From Torpedo marmorata (Eukaryota), in assembly GCA_977017645.1 (NCBI GenBank), contig OZ360237.1, positions 15,686,001-15,750,000 on the forward strand: a stretch of DNA of 64,000 nt, read 5' to 3'. Position numbers and translations under genes: made by a program. Shown in pieces: positions 22,953-36,278 of this stretch. The notes under the pieces are model-generated. The model saw nothing but the letters and a program-made list of their open reading frames with translations. It ran no database searches and was not told the DNA's origin. Every line of letters begins with the position of its first letter. Position 1 is the stretch's first letter.

Positions 22953-25900
22953 CTTATACCAGGAATGAAAGGATTAGCATATGAGGAACGTATGTCGGCT
23001 CTTGGACTGTACTCTTGGAGTGCAGAAGGATGAGACGGGACCTCATAGAGACATTTTGAATGCTGAAAGACCTGGACAGAGTAGATCACAAGATAAAGGA
23101 ACAGAAGTAGGCCATTCGACCCATCGAGTCTGCTCCGCAACTCCATCCTGAGCTAAACTGTTCTCACATCTAATTCCAATTTCCGGCCTTTTCCACCCAA
23201 TCTAATATCTTTCCTGTATTTCCATGGGCTCCCATCTTATTAACCAGCCTCTTATGCAGCACCTTATCAAAGGCCTTTTGAAAATCCAAATACACAACAT
23301 CCACAGCCTCTCCCTTGTCCATCCTACTTGAGATAACCTCAAAAAATTCCAATATGTTGGTCAGGCAGGATCTTCCCTTCATGAAACCATGCTGGCTTGG
23401 ACCTATCATGTCATTCACCTTGAGGTATTTTATAACCTCGTCCTTAAGGATCGACTCCAATAACTTTCCAACGACCGATGTCAGACTAATAGGCCTATAA
23501 TTTCCTTTTTTCTGCCTCCCTCCTTTCTTAAGCACCGGAACTACATTTGCGACCTTCCAATTCTCCGGAACCATACCAGAGTCTATTGATTTCTGGAAAA
23601 TCATTTCCAATGCCTCCACAATCTCCAAAGCCACCACCTTCAGAACCTGTGGGTGCACCTCATCTGGTCCAGGAGACTTATCTATCTTTAGTCCATTCAG
23701 CTTACCAAGCACTATCTCTAGTAATCCTAACTGTACTTAATTCTATTCCCTGCATCCTCTGACTATCAGGTATATTGCTATTGTCTTCCTCAGTGAAGAC
23801 TGACACAAAATACTCATTTAGTTCCTCTGCCATCTCTTGATTACCCATTATAATTCCTCCAGCATCATTTTCAATCGGTCCGATATCTACCCGTGTCTCT
23901 CTTTTACTCTTTATATATTTTTTAAAAACTCTTAGTATCCATTTGTATGTTATTTGCCAACTTCCTTTCATAATTCATCTTTTCTTTCCTAATGACTTTC
24001 TTTGTCTCTAAGTTTTTTTTAAAGTTTCCCAGTCCTCTGTTTTCCCACTAATTTTTGCTTCTTTGTATGCCCTCCCTTTTGCTTTTATTTTAGCCTTAAC
24101 CTCTCTAGTTATCCACATTTGTGCCATTTTTCATTTCATAATTTTCTTTTTCCTTGGAATATATCTATCCTGCACTTTATTTCTTGTAGAAATATCATCC
24201 AATTCTGCTCTGCCGTCCCTCCATCCAGCTTACTTTTCCAGTCAACTTGGGCCAATTCCTCTCTCATACCACTGTAATTTCCTTTGTTCCACTGAAATAT
24301 TGACACACCTGATCTCAGCTTTCCCTTTTCAAATTTGAAACTGAACTCAATCATATTATGATCACTACTTCCTCAGGGTTCCATTACCTTTAATTCCCTA
24401 ATCACCTCAGGTTCATTATACATCACCCAATCCCTGGTGGGCTTATCGACAAGCTGTTCCAAAAAGCCATCCCGTAGGCATTCTACAAACTCTCTCTCCT
24501 GAGATCCAGTACCTTCCTGACTTTCCCAATCTCCTTTCATGTTAAAATCCCCCATAATTATTTTGACATTTTCCTTCTGACACGCTTTTTCTATTTCCAT
24601 CTGTAACTCGTAGTCCACTTCCCGGCTGCTGTTTGGGGGCCAGTATATAACTGCTAATAGGGTCCTTTTACCCTTGCCATTTCTTAACTCAACCCATAAG
24701 GATTCTACCACATCTGACCCTATGTCCCTCCTTTCCAGTGATTTAATATCATTACTTCTCATCAGGGCCACGCCACCCCCTCTACCTACCTGCCTATCTT
24801 TCCTATACACTGTGTACCCTTGGACATTCAGCTCAAAATCACATCCATCATTAAGCCATGTCTCGGTGATGGCCACAATATCATAACTTTTAATCTGTAT
24901 CTGCAGAACAAGGTCATCTACTTTATTTCTAATGCTCCATGCATTTGTACAGTACTCTTCGACCAGTATCTGCTACTGATTTTGTTGTATTTCTATTGTA
25001 CTGCCTGTTCTTTTCACCTGCTTGTCCTTTTTGTCATTTTTGCTGCACATTATTTTTTACTTTTTTCTATTTTCCTCTTTCTCGACCCTAACACCCTGGT
25101 TCCCTTCAACCCTAATCTCTGCACTCACATTTTGATTCCCACCTCCCTGCCAGACTAGTTTAAACCCTCCCCAACAGCTCTAGCAAACCTGCCTGCCAGG
25201 ATATTGGTCCCTCTCCAGTTCAGGTGCAGCCCGTCCCTTTTTGTAGAGGTCAGACCGTCCCCAGAAGAGATCCCAATGATCCACAAATCTGAACCCCTGC
25301 CCCCTGCACCAACTCTTCAACCACGCATTCATTTGCTATAACTTCCTGTTTCTACCCTCTCTGGCGCGTGGCACAGGCAGCAATCCTGAGATTACCACCC
25401 TTGAGGTTCTGCTTTTTATCCTCTTTCCTAACTCCCTATATTTCTCTCCAGGACCTCTTCCCTACTCCTATCTATGTCATCGGTCCCCACGTAGACCACG
25501 ACATCCGGCTGCTCACCCTCCCCCTCCAGAATCCTATGAACTCGATCAGACATCCCTTGCACCTGGGAGGCAACATACCATCCTGGAGCCTCGATCTCGT
25601 TCACAGAACCCCCTATCCATTTGTCTAACCAACGAGTCCCCAATCACCATCGCTCTCCTCTTCTCCCCCCTTCCCTTCTGAGCCGGGGGGCCAGCCTCTG
25701 TGCCGGAGACGGGACCACCTCGACTTGTCCCTGGTAGGTCATCCCCAAAAACAGTATCCAAAATGGTATACCTATTGTTGATAGGAACAACCACAGGCGT
25801 GCTCTGCACTCTCTGTATCTTCCCCTTCCCTCTACTTACAGTCACCCAGCTACCTGCCTCCTGAATTTTAGGGGTGACTGCCTCCCTCCAACTCCTGCCT

Positions 25901-26305
25901 ACAACTGCCTCTGCCTCCCTCAAGATCCGCAGTTCATCCAACTCCAGCTCCAGTTCCCTAACTCGGGTTGTAAGGTAGATGTGGCAAGGTTGGTCCCCAT
26001 GGTAGGAGAGTCCAGGACAAGAGGGCACAACTTCAGGATAAAAAGGCATCAATTTAAAACAGAGATGGGGAAAAATTTCTTTAGCCAAAGGGGCGCGAGT
26101 CTGTGGAACTTGTTGCTACAGACTGCTATGGAAGCGAGGTTGTTGGGTGTATTGAAAAGGTATTTGATTAGTCAGGGCATCAAGGGTTGCGGGGAGAAGG
26201 CCGGGTAGTGGGACTGAGTAGGAGGATGGATCAGCTCACGATAGAATAGCGGAACAGACTCGACAGGCCGATTGACCTACCGTACTTCTCCTATATCTTG
26301 TGATT
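22953..26305 (+). mobile_element. CR1 3' end, split by an antisense CR1
   Basis: 22953-23086 resumes at 25975; GTAGAT duplicated at 23081-23086 and 25975-25980. Confidence 0.75.
23087..25974 (-). mobile_element. CR1 LINE (ORF1 SGNH esterase, EN, N-terminal RT, internal deletion, 3' tail)
   Basis: VIGDSLVR..CLPGA; ITETWL; GDFN; NYRPISLTS; LDFQKAFDKV joined directly to the tail. Confidence 0.88.
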
Positions 26306-26329
26306 TTGTGAAGCATGAGAGGGGAGGGG

Positions 26330-26520
26330 AGGGGGGGTGGGCTGGACTTTGCACTCAACATCTGCAGGATCAGTCAACCTGGTCCTGCTGCACAATACCA
26401 CCCTCTGACAATAAAGGTTCATATTGTGACCCTGGAAAACATGGACCTTGTCCTGTTTCCCTGCAGCCATCGCTTGGCAAAGGCAGCTATTGATGGTGAA
26501 ATTCATCATTACCTTCAGGG
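26330..26520 (+). pseudogene. NA: Possible neuraminidase C-terminal EVE
   Basis: GWAGL..QH~EWSGY..QH; KTWT~TIWT; SY.DGEI~SWPDGAEL; heavily decayed. Confidence 0.4.
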
Positions 26521-26539
26521 CATCATCCCCACATTGTTG

Positions 26540-27060
26540 GGAATTCCTATCCCATGACCAATCAAAGTGGAGGAGAAGCATTTGGGATGAATCAGAAGCC
26601 TGACATAAGGCGTGCCCCACCCCATGAGATGCTCAACTGCCTGTCCCATCAGGCACCCCCTTCTTAATCCGTGAAGGTCTTTTCACTTACCACGTTGGTC
26701 TTGTGGGTTCTGAACTGGCTGATGAAGTTACATTGGAAGCAAATTAACCTTGAGACCAAAGGACTGTCTAAGAAGAAGGGGATGATAAAATGCAAGTGCA
26801 CCGTTGAATGTGTACCACTGTTCGCTGACAGACGTCTTTAATTTCTATGGAAACTTTTAATTTCCAAGAAGGGTCAACAGGAAGTATGCAGTGTGTACTG
26901 TGTGTTACATATTCACTAAAAACAGAGTAAAGGAAATTGAAACCAGAACCACATTAGATAGAAAAATAGAATTTGAAGTAGGCATCCATAAAACATATGA
27001 AGATAATTTGAAGAAATTGTCTTTGTGGCCGGCTGCCTGCTGGAATTGTCAGCTGAAAGC
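26540..27060 (+). pseudogene. PA: Possible influenza-like PA EVE (endonuclease/linker)
   Basis: HVGLVGSELADEVTLEAN~EIGVTRREVHIYYLEKAN; DKMQVH~EKTHIH; FEVG...LKKLSLWP~FEIT...LADQSLPP. Confidence 0.4.
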
Positions 27061-27129
27061 CCCAAGGGGCCGATGTCCAATCATTCCCCTCTTCAGCGGA
27101 GTTTGATCCAAGAATCTTGCAGCTTTGCT

Positions 27130-27480
27130 GACACTAGTTCATACCAACAAAATCAAAATGCCTGTGATTGTTCTGGTTTTGATCATTAATCACTGTACTC
27201 TAACACAAAATGCAAGAAATTAATCCTATGGCATAAACATGTTTGTGTTCCTGCTCTTTGTAAGTCATCCATTTCAGTGCATCTTCTGTAAACATCTGTG
27301 GTATATTTTGGCTGCCTTAGCTATCTCAAGTCGCTGATCATAAAATGAACAAGATATTTTGTAGTAACGTAATCACTAAAAAATCCTGTATGTTACATCG
27401 TTTCATCTGCTGGCTTCATCCTGGTGTGGCACATATGGCCAAGCAGTTTGGATTTGTATTTTGCTAATGAGGGATAATAG
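27130..27480 (-). pseudogene. PA: Influenza-like PA endonuclease-domain EVE
   Basis: LVHFMISDL (27350-27330)~EVCFMYSDF / VCYMISDM; RHFDFVGM~NRFIEIGV. Confidence 0.5.
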
Positions 27481-27534
27481 AGTAAGATATTGTTACTAAA
27501 TAAATAACAAAGTGAGAATAGCTTTTTCTGCAGT

Positions 27535-28180
27535 TCATTGGTGCAACGAGTTGAGCTGTTGCCTCACAGCTCAATGACCCAGCTTCAATCCTGAGCTCAG
27601 GTGCTGCCTGTGTAGACTTTGTTCATTCTTTCTGTGATCATGTGGGTTTCCTCCAAACGTTCTGTTTCCTCCCACATCTCAAAGACACGTGGGTTGGAAG
27701 GTTAATGGGCCAAAGTAAATTGCTGCTGATGTGCTGGTGAATGATGGAATCTGGTGGGGTTGTGCGTTGGAGCTGGGAGGGAAGCATTTCGAATTTGGGT
27801 AGTATAAATCTAACGTTGGTGTACACGTATGATTGATGGTTGGTACCCTCTGTGGATCCGTCACTACTGTGTGGCTCTATGAGTTCAAGTTTATTGCCAT
27901 CTGGTTGTATACAACCCGACGAAACAGCGTCTCTCTGTGGACCATGGTGCACACACAAAAATACACAATACACAGTACATAATAATTGCATAAATAATCA
28001 AGTGAAGCACGAAAGTCTGTGATTGTAGTAAAAACACAAAAGTGCTGGAGGAACTCAGCAAATCTCGCAGCGTCCATCGGAGGTCTAGATATATAACCAA
28101 TGTTTCGGGCCTGAGCCCTTCTTCAAGGTAAACAGCAAGCGGGCACCTGAATAAAAAGGCTGGAGAGAAGGGAAGAAAGG
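27535..28180. mobile_element. tRNA-SINE, Rex1 tail and Penelope-like terminal-repeat fragments
   Basis: SINE head gctgttgcctcacagc...ttcaatcctg; Rex1 tail shared with 5781-5890; gctggaggaactcagca...cgggcctgagcccttc. Confidence 0.6.
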
Positions 28181-28254
28181 GTTCCCATGTGCCAGTGTCC
28201 AGCAACCCACAGCCCATGTGGGACCTCCGACCGCAAGTCACCTGCAGCCTGTAT

Positions 28255-28676
28255 GGGTCCCTCACCCACTGAGCCCCTCGCTTGTCGGCTACTGTGATCA
28301 CCATCCTCTAGGGTCCTTCACCCACTGAGCCCCTCGCTTGTCGGCTACTGTGATCACCATCCTCTAGGGTCCCTCACCCACTCTGCCCCTCGCTTGTCGG
28401 CTACTGTGATCACCATCCTCTAGGGTCCCTCACCCACTCTGCCCCTCGCTTGTCGGCTACTGTGATCACCATCCTCTAGGGTCCCTCACCCACTCTGCCC
28501 CTCGCTTGTCGGCTACTGTGATCACCATCCTCTAGGGTCCCTCACCCACTCTGCCCCTCGCTTGTCGGCTACTGTGATCACCATCCTCTAGGGTCCCTCA
28601 CCCACTCTGCCCCTCGCTTGTCGGCTACTGTGATCACCATCCTCTAGGGTCCTTCAGCCACTGAGCCCCTCGCTTG
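28255..28676. repeat. 56-bp minisatellite, about 7.5 copies
   Basis: GGGTCCCTCACCCACTCTGCCCCTCGCTTGTCGGCTACTGTGATCACCATCCTCTA every 56 bp from 28255. Confidence 0.97.
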
Positions 28677-28821
28677 ATATTTGGCAATCAATTTCCTCAT
28701 CTGATGAATTTATGGTACTTATTAGTAGCAGCAGACAATCTATCGCTGATCAGAAATACTTTTTAAATGATAAGATGAGAGGCAGGGACCTTGACCCAGT
28801 TTTGTCAACCGCATGAGTTTT

Positions 28822-31800
28822 TAAAAAAATATTTTATTTAAAATTTTTAAATCACACAGTACATAGTTTAAAATGCAAAATTATCAAGTTACATGTGATA
28901 CATTTTCACCCCCCCTCCTCCCCTCCCTAACCCTCCCGAAAAGAAAGAAAGAAAGAAGAAAAAGATAAAGTAAGGAGAATGTCACTCTAAAAAGAACAAC
29001 TATAAACTAATTTTATTGTGGAACACAGGTTCACCAGTCAGATCCAATATCCGGAGATCTTCAAATCCTTAAACCAACAGTTTTTATATATGGGCTCCAT
29101 ATTTTCAAAAAGAAATGATATTTATTACGTAAATTATAAGTAATTTTTTCAAGTGGTATACATGAACGAAGTTCTGCATGCCATCTCTCTAACCCTAAAT
29201 CTACATCAGAATTCCATGTAATAGCAATGCATTTCTTAGAAACAGCTAAAGCAATACGTAAAAATTCTGTTTGATACATATTTAATTTCATCTTAACACT
29301 AATTCTTTTAATATCTCCAAACAAAAATATCATAGGATCCATTGGAAATGTAATCTTAAATACTTTATCTAAAAACTTTTTAACTTTCAACCAAAAATCA
29401 TATACTTTTGGACAAAACCATGTAGAATGTACAAAAGAACCTTCCTTTCTATTACATCTAAAACATAAACCGGATAATGTCGGATTAAATTTCTTTAATT
29501 TTTTAGGTGTTAAATATAATTGATGAAAAAAATTATATTGCACCAATCTATATCTAACATTAATAATCTTCGTCATACTTTGTTTACATAATTCTTTCCA
29601 ATGTTCTTCATCTATTGTTACATTCAAATCTGATTCCCAATTTAATCTTGATTTATGAATTCCTAGTTTAGGCATTTTCCTCTGTAACAATCTATACATT
29701 TGAGAAATAAATTTATTTACACCTCCATTAGTAACTAATAATTCCAATTCACTCTGTCTTGGTAAAATCAAACTATAGTCCAACCTTTCAACTAAAAATG
29801 CTCTAATTTGATAATAAGCAAAAAGATGGCCGCGCTGCCGGAGCCGCTGTAGCAGCGCTGCCGCTGGTGCGGACCCGCGAGGAGCGTGGGAGCGGAGATA
29901 CAGCGCTCCCGCGGGGTCCAGCCGCCCAGTCGACTGCCGTCGGTTCCGCACGGGCTTTGAACAGCCCGTTAAAGGAGCCGACGGTGGTTTTATTTAAGAT
30001 CCCGCGACCGCGGGGTCTGCGCCCAAGATGGCAGCGCCTATTAACCGGCAGCAGCCACGAGGGGCTGCAGACTCCGGGGAAGCGGGGGACTGGAGCAGGG
30101 CACCAGTGGACGGGAAGATCACCCCCGTCTGAGAAGGAGAAGCGGAGAAGACGACCCACGGGACGGTGACCAGGGCGGCGGACCGGTGAGGGGCTCTGAG
30201 GCTGAAGGACCAGTGCATGTGGCGGGCTGCTGGCGACTCGAGGCGAGGAACCCGCGGAGGCTGTGGGCTGCTGGAGACTGCTGTCGGGGGACTCACGACG
30301 GGCTGCGGACTGCTGGAGGTTGGCTCGAACTGGCTGGAGGAGTACCAGGTATCGGAACCGGGATGTGAGGGGCTGCCGAGGGCGACCTGACCGTGTTGGA
30401 GGTTCGGATCTGGAGCTCGGGATGCCGATCGTTTGGACTGGACTCTGTGTGGCTGCGGAAGCGCTGGAGGCGAATCTATGGACACTTGGTGACTCTGGGG
30501 GGACTCTCTTTTGCTTCTCTTTCTCTGACTGTAAGGAATGTTAGAGGCGCCTAGGCAGTTTCTGCCGATGGCGAATCTGTCTGCCTTGGAGCAGGCAAAA
30601 AGAAATTTCGTGGTATATGACACTGCCGTATTGCTGTGACAATAAATTGAATCTTGAATCTTATCTTTCATTCTTTGAAAAGTAATAAATTTACTAGCTT
30701 CAAAACAATCATTTATTTTCTTAATTCCCTTTTGGAACCAAATTTTAAATAATTGATTATCAACAGTAAATGGAATAAGTTTATTTTGATACAGAGGCAT
30801 TTTTTGAGAAATTGACCCTTTCGCTCCTATCTCTCTATCTACTCTATTCCATATTTCTAACAAATGTCTAAAAATAGGAGAATTTTTCCCTCTTGTTAAT
30901 AATAATTTAGAATTCCATTTATAAATAACTTCTTCTTTCAAATCTTCTCCTATATTATTTAATTCTATTCTAATCCAAGCAGAAGATTTTCCTAACTCAA
31001 ACATTTCATTAATAAATTTCTCCATACCTACTCGAGCCAACTTTCCTTTCCACAAGAATTTCCTAATAATTAAATTTAAATCTTTAAAGAATTTTTGAGG
31101 GATTTCATAAGGAATTGATTGAAAAAGATATTGAATTCTCGGAAAAACATTCATTTTAATACAATTTACCCTTCCCATTAAAGTTATAGGTAAATCCTTC
31201 CAACTTTCTAAATCCTTTTTAATATTCATAAATAATGGTAGATAATTTAATTTATATAGATTAGTTAATTTTGTATCAATCTTTATTCCCAAATATTTAA
31301 TTCCATCCTTTGACCACTTAAATTGTGTAATTTCTTTACATTTACTATAATCCCCTTGTGTTAATGCCATAATTTCACTTTTATCAGAATTAATCTTATA
31401 ACCAGATATTTCCCCATATTCTCTCAATAAAACAGTCAATTGCATTAAAGAAGTAATAGATTTTGTCATATAAATCAATACGTCATCTGCAAGTAAACTG
31501 ATTTTATGCTCTTCATTACCAACTTTAATACCTGCAATCTTAATATCCTGTCTAATTAATTCTGCTAAAGGTTCTATTGCTAAAATAAACAATGCTGGCG
31601 ACAAAGGACAACCTTGTCTAGTTGACCTAGTCAAAGAAAATTTTGAAGAAATTTGTCCATTTGTGACCACTCTAGCAGATGGTTCTTTATATATAGTTTT
31701 AATCCAATTAATAAATGTAGTTCCAAAACCAAATTTTTCCAGTACCTTAAATAAATAATTCCACTCTAATCCATCAAAAGCCTTTTCGGCATCTAATGTT

Positions 31801-31970
31801 AATACTAACTCTAATTCCTCTCTCTTTTGTGCCACATTTGTTAAACTAATTAATCTAGCGATATTATCTTTTGAATATCTGTTCTTAATAAAACCTGCTT
31901 GATCTACATGGATTAAATCTGGTAAATATTTAGCCACTCTATTTGCTAAAATTTTCACCATTAACTTATA
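28822..31970 (-). mobile_element. 5'-truncated L1 with a nested GC-rich element
   Basis: RT motifs and Cys domain, same family as 7600-9158; 18-bp TSD GTCAACC(G/A)CATGAGTTTT at 28804-28821 and 31971-31988; 75-bp in-frame deletion at an AAATT microhomology. Confidence 0.92.
29822..30662 (+). mobile_element. GC-rich non-autonomous retroelement with a Rex1-like 3' tail
   Basis: Starts AAGATGGCCG; ends AAATTTCGTG...TGACAATAAA(TTGAATC)2; second copy at 55907-56702. Confidence 0.8.
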
Positions 31971-32259
31971 GTCAACCACATGAGTTTTCAGGCAACAACT
32001 ACCATGACTGAGGCTTTGCATCCTTCCAGATGCTGTGTCACTCAACTTTACCTCAATCTTTTGTCTTTACTGCCCTGTCTCACACATCCAGTTACTGCTG
32101 CACCTATCTCCAATTCTCCCGCAGGCCCTATGCTGCTGTTTTGTTGAATGAAGAAAATAAATGCCTTTGCATGATTGGTGGCAATTCTGAGCATTTAATC
32201 GAATTCTCCTGACTGCTGACCAATCTCTACATCGTGGCAACGGGAGGAAAGAGATAGGA

Positions 32260-35200
32260 AATAATGAGCTTGGAAATGAATTATATTCAAGTGGAGATGG
32301 TTGAAGAGAATACATTTGTGTCCATAGACTTTAAAGGGCATTTGACAGTGCCGCATACAGACAAAGGCAGGATTAAAATCCATAGGATAGAGGGAAATGA
32401 TAGCACAGATACAAGATTGCCTAACAGACAAAGGGTACAGCTGTCACGTTGAGTGATTTATTTTTCAGGCTGGAGGGTTAGTGTCAAATTCATTAATTAT
32501 TTTGAGACGAGTTAATGACTGGATAGATTCAGAAGCCATAATTTCAGATTTGGCAGGTGGTACAGAACTTCTAAATATTGCAAATTACAAGGACAACTGC
32601 AATTGGCTTCAGGAGGAAACAATAGGTTAATTGGCCTACTTCTGATCCTATAATCTTGAGGAAGCGTACAGGAGGGAGATAGATCAGCTCGTTGAATGGT
32701 GTAATGACAACAACCTTGAGCTCAACGTCAGCAAAACCAAGGAGATGATTGTGGACTTCAGGAGGAAGTCAGAGGAACATGACCCAGTCCTCATCGAGGG
32801 CTCAGTAATGGAGAGGATCAAGAACTTCAAATTCCTGGGTGTCAACATCTCCGAGGATCTGTCCTGGAGCCTCCACGTGGATGCAATCACAAAGAAGGCT
32901 CGCCAGCGGCTATACTTTGTGAGGTGTCTGCGGAGATTCGGTATGTCACCGAAGACTCTTGTAAACTTCTACAGGTGTACCGTGGAGAGCATTCTGGCTG
33001 GTTGCATCACTGCCTGGTATGGAGGCGCCAACACTCAGGACAAGAGTAAACTCCAGAGGGTTGTTAACTCGGCCTGTGACATCACAGGCACCAAACTTCA
33101 CTCCATCGAGGACATCTACATGAGGCGGTGTCTTAAAAAAGCAGCCTCTATCCTCAAAGACCCCCACCACCCAGGCCATGCCCTCTTCACTCTGCTACCA
33201 TCGGGAAAAAGGTACAGGAGCCTAAAGACGAGCACTAAACGGCACAAGGACAGCTTCTTCCCCACTGCCATCAGATTCCTGAATAATCAATGAACCAGAC
33301 ACTGCCTTACTTTTCGTAAGATGGTTATAATTTGAATGTTAATTGCACTGTGATGCTGCCGCAAAACACCGAATTTCATGACTTGTTCATGACAATAAAT
33401 TCTGATTCTGAAATGGAGACATGAGAGAGACTGCAGATGCTAGAATTTGGAACATCAACACAACCTGCTGGAAGAACTCAGCGGGTTGAGCAGTATCAGT
33501 GGGAGAAAAAAGGATAGTCAATGTTTCAGGCCATCACCATTCATTAGGAATTGATGAAATGAGTGGACATGGAACTTGATTTAACCCAAGAAGGAAGTGG
33601 AGAATTAATGTGATTAAAGGGGCTCAAGAGGAGAAAGACATAAGAATGTGTGTGCAAAAATCTTTAAATATAACCGGATAAATGTGTAAAACAACTAAAA
33701 ATCACAAGCTGTCCTTGACTTTAGAGGCTAAGAGCATCTGTACTAAATATGAAATACTGGTTGGTCTCAGCCGAAGCGTTGTGTTCATTTCTCACCACCC
33801 CATTTTGGGAAGAATGCCAAGGCCTTGGAATGAACGCAACTAAAAAAAAGTTTGAAAAGAACAATGAATAAAAGTGCAAAGATTTGAGTGGTTTTCCTCT
33901 GAGTAGGGAAGGTTAGGGGGAGATTTTATAGAGACGTTCAAAATTGAGCACATTTTTGATGAAGTTTACAGCATCAGGAGGGTTAGTAACCAGAGTGTAC
34001 AGATTTAAATTAATGGGCTGAAGAAACTGGATTTCCAAGATGACATTTTGTGATCTGAAATTTACAACCTGAAGTAAAAACAGCTCCAATAATAAATTTA
34101 AAATAAAACGGGGCTAAAGAAAAATGAAAGAGAATTTGAACTACCGTAATTGAAAAGTTTGATGTTTATTAAAATGAAAGGCGTACCTCAGTGGTGACTC
34201 GTTCTGTGATGCTATTTGTACAATCTGTTGATGCTCCTGTCAGATATGGTGATTGGCAAGTAAGATGGAGGACAGTGATGGAGAGCATAATGTGGAGAAT
34301 GCTCAGGTATTAGGGCTCGTTGAGATCAGGAAAGAGGCAGTGCTGGGTCTTTTGAGGAGAACTGATGGGATATAACCTGGGTTATTGAAAAGGCAAGTGA
34401 AGAGATTGCTGAGGCCTTGGCAAAGATCTCTGCATCCTCACTAGCTGCAGGAGAGGTCCCAGACAATTGGAGAGTACTGATGTTAGATCTTTGTTCAAGA
34501 AGGGAAAGAAGGATAATCCAGGAAATTATAGACCAGTAGAGCTTGCATCAGTGGTAGGGAAACTATTGGAGAGGATACTTGGAGATAGGTTTGGCGCATA
34601 TTTGGAAAAGCATGGTTAGATTAGGGACAGTCAACTTGGTTTTGTGCGGGGTATTTTGAGGTTACAAAGGTGGTTGATGAGACTTGGGCAGTGGATGTCT
34701 ATGTCGACTTTAGAAAGGCATTTGACAAGTCTCTCATGGTACGTAAAGGTGCATGGGATCCATGGTGAATTGATTGAGCACAGATTTGGCCAGCCCATTG
34801 AAGACGGGGTAGTGATGGATGGGTATTATTCTAGCTGGAGGCTTGTGACCAGTGGTGTTCTTCAGAAATTGGTGTTGGGACCCCTGTTGTTTGTGATGTA
34901 TATAAATGACTTTGATGAAAATGTGGGTGGGTGAGGTTGCAGATGGAATTAAGAGTGATGGTGTTGTGGATAGTGTAGAGGGCTATCAAAGAATACAACA
35001 GGATATAGATGAATTACAAATATTGCAGAAAAATGGCAGGTGGAGTTTAATCCAGGCAAGCGTGAGTGTTGCACGTAAGGAGATCAAATGTAAGGGGAAG
35101 ATATACAGTTACTAGCAAGACCCATGAAGGCATTGATGTGCAGAGGGCTCTGGGGGTCCAGGTCCTTGGATCCTTGAAAGTGGTCCCACAAGTAGACAGG

Positions 35201-35760
35201 ATGGTAAAGATGATGGATGTCATGCTTGCCTTCATTGGTTGACACATTGTGTACCAGAATAAGGAAGTCATGTCGTAGCTATATAAAATGTTGGTTAAGC
35301 CACACTTGGAATACTGTACGCAGTTCTAGTCACCCCATCACAGGAAGATATGGAGGCTTTGGAAAGGGTGCAGAAGAGGTTTACCAGGATGTTGTCTGGT
35401 TTAAAGAGCATGAGTTATAGGGAGAGATTTGACAAACTTGAGTCATTTCCTCTGGAGTGTAGGAGGCTGAGGGGTGACCTTATAAAACCTTGAGGCATTG
35501 ATAGGACAGGCAGTCAATATTTTACACAGGGAGTGGTAGGTGTCTGGAACACTAGGGGTTGTGGTGGGAGCAGATACAGCATCAGCATTTAAGAGACTTC
35601 TGGATAAACACATGAATATGACAGGGGTGGAGGGATATCTATCAGGTGACTATGAACACATGACTGTGACAGGTGGAGGGATATCTATCAGGTGCAAGCA
35701 GTGGAGTTTTAGTTTGATTTGGGCGTCATGTTTGGCATAGGCAACTTTACTGTACTGTTC
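32260..35760 (+). mobile_element. Highly decayed CR1 fragments (host to Rex1 and Penelope pieces)
   Basis: Degenerate IDFK...VPH, LVTSGV..LVLGPLLFVMYINDFD and tails. Confidence 0.65.
32657..33411 (+). mobile_element. Rex1/Babar-type LINE 3' part
   Basis: LNVSKTKEMIVDFRR...KKARQRLYF...DSFFPTAIRFLN; tail TGACAATAAATTCTGATTCTGA. Confidence 0.9.
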
Positions 35761-36270
35761 TATGCAAGATGATCTAATGGAGATTTAGCTTCTCTGCACA
35801 TTGCCAACTGCATCCATGTGCATCAAATTAACATGAAAGATGGATAGAGTAGGCAACACCCACTTCTTTTTTTTCTGCAGTGGCATGCGATCATTCCATA
35901 GCCAGGATCTCCATTGCAGGGATCTGGTGAATTATGGCCCCTGGTGTAGCACTTGGAATCAGTTTGCCAATTGGAAAGATAAAGCTTATTTTTCCTGACC
36001 AAGAATAATAAAATGTAACTAAACATCCTCCAGAGATGCTGCTCAATGCCAGTGGTCAGATGGCACTTTACATCTACAAATAGGCGGTGTATTCTTGACT
36101 CTCACTACTAGCTTGTGCTGTGGGACCTCAGAGTATCAATTACATGCGACCTAAAACAGATGGTGCTCTTGCTGCCCATCTCAGGTAGAAAGTGACTCAA
36201 TGTCAGTTGCATGCCTTTACCAGATCAATTACATTAACCACTCACCCTTCACATTGGTCCTTGATTTCTG
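35760..36270 (-). pseudogene. NA: Influenza-like neuraminidase EVE, about aa 200-320
   Basis: ORF 35823-36026: CNGDPGYGMIACHCRKKRSGCCLLYPSF aligns gaplessly with N1 [28 protein letters not shown] (9/28 identical); upstream LFLVRKNKL~IFRIEKGKI and VR-SQE~LRTQE. Confidence 0.72.
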
Positions 36271-36278
36271 ATTTACTC

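Larger units (their letters stand above)
28685..32250 (+). pseudogene. PB2: Influenza-like PB2 EVE, about aa 570-700 (28685-28803 plus 31989-32250, split by an L1)
   Basis: IRNTF*MIR*EAGTL~VRTLFQQMRDVLGTF before the L1; CILPDAV~KLLPFAA and NEENKCLCMIGGNSEHLIE~NKATKRLTVLGKDAGTLTE after it (ORF 32030-32212). Confidence 0.65.

Noticed and set aside
26340-26700. Harbinger transposase remnant
   Set aside because: Only vague motifs and no TIRs; NA/PA readings fit better, though all are weak.
28255-28676. CRISPR-like array
   Set aside because: Head-to-tail units without unique spacers in a eukaryotic context; the same applies to 5565-5684.
29994-32045. 683-aa novel RT fusion protein
   Set aside because: Chance read-through from flank into L1 RT and then into the antisense of the nested GC-rich element; the same applies to ORFs 29061-29951 and 55943-56626.
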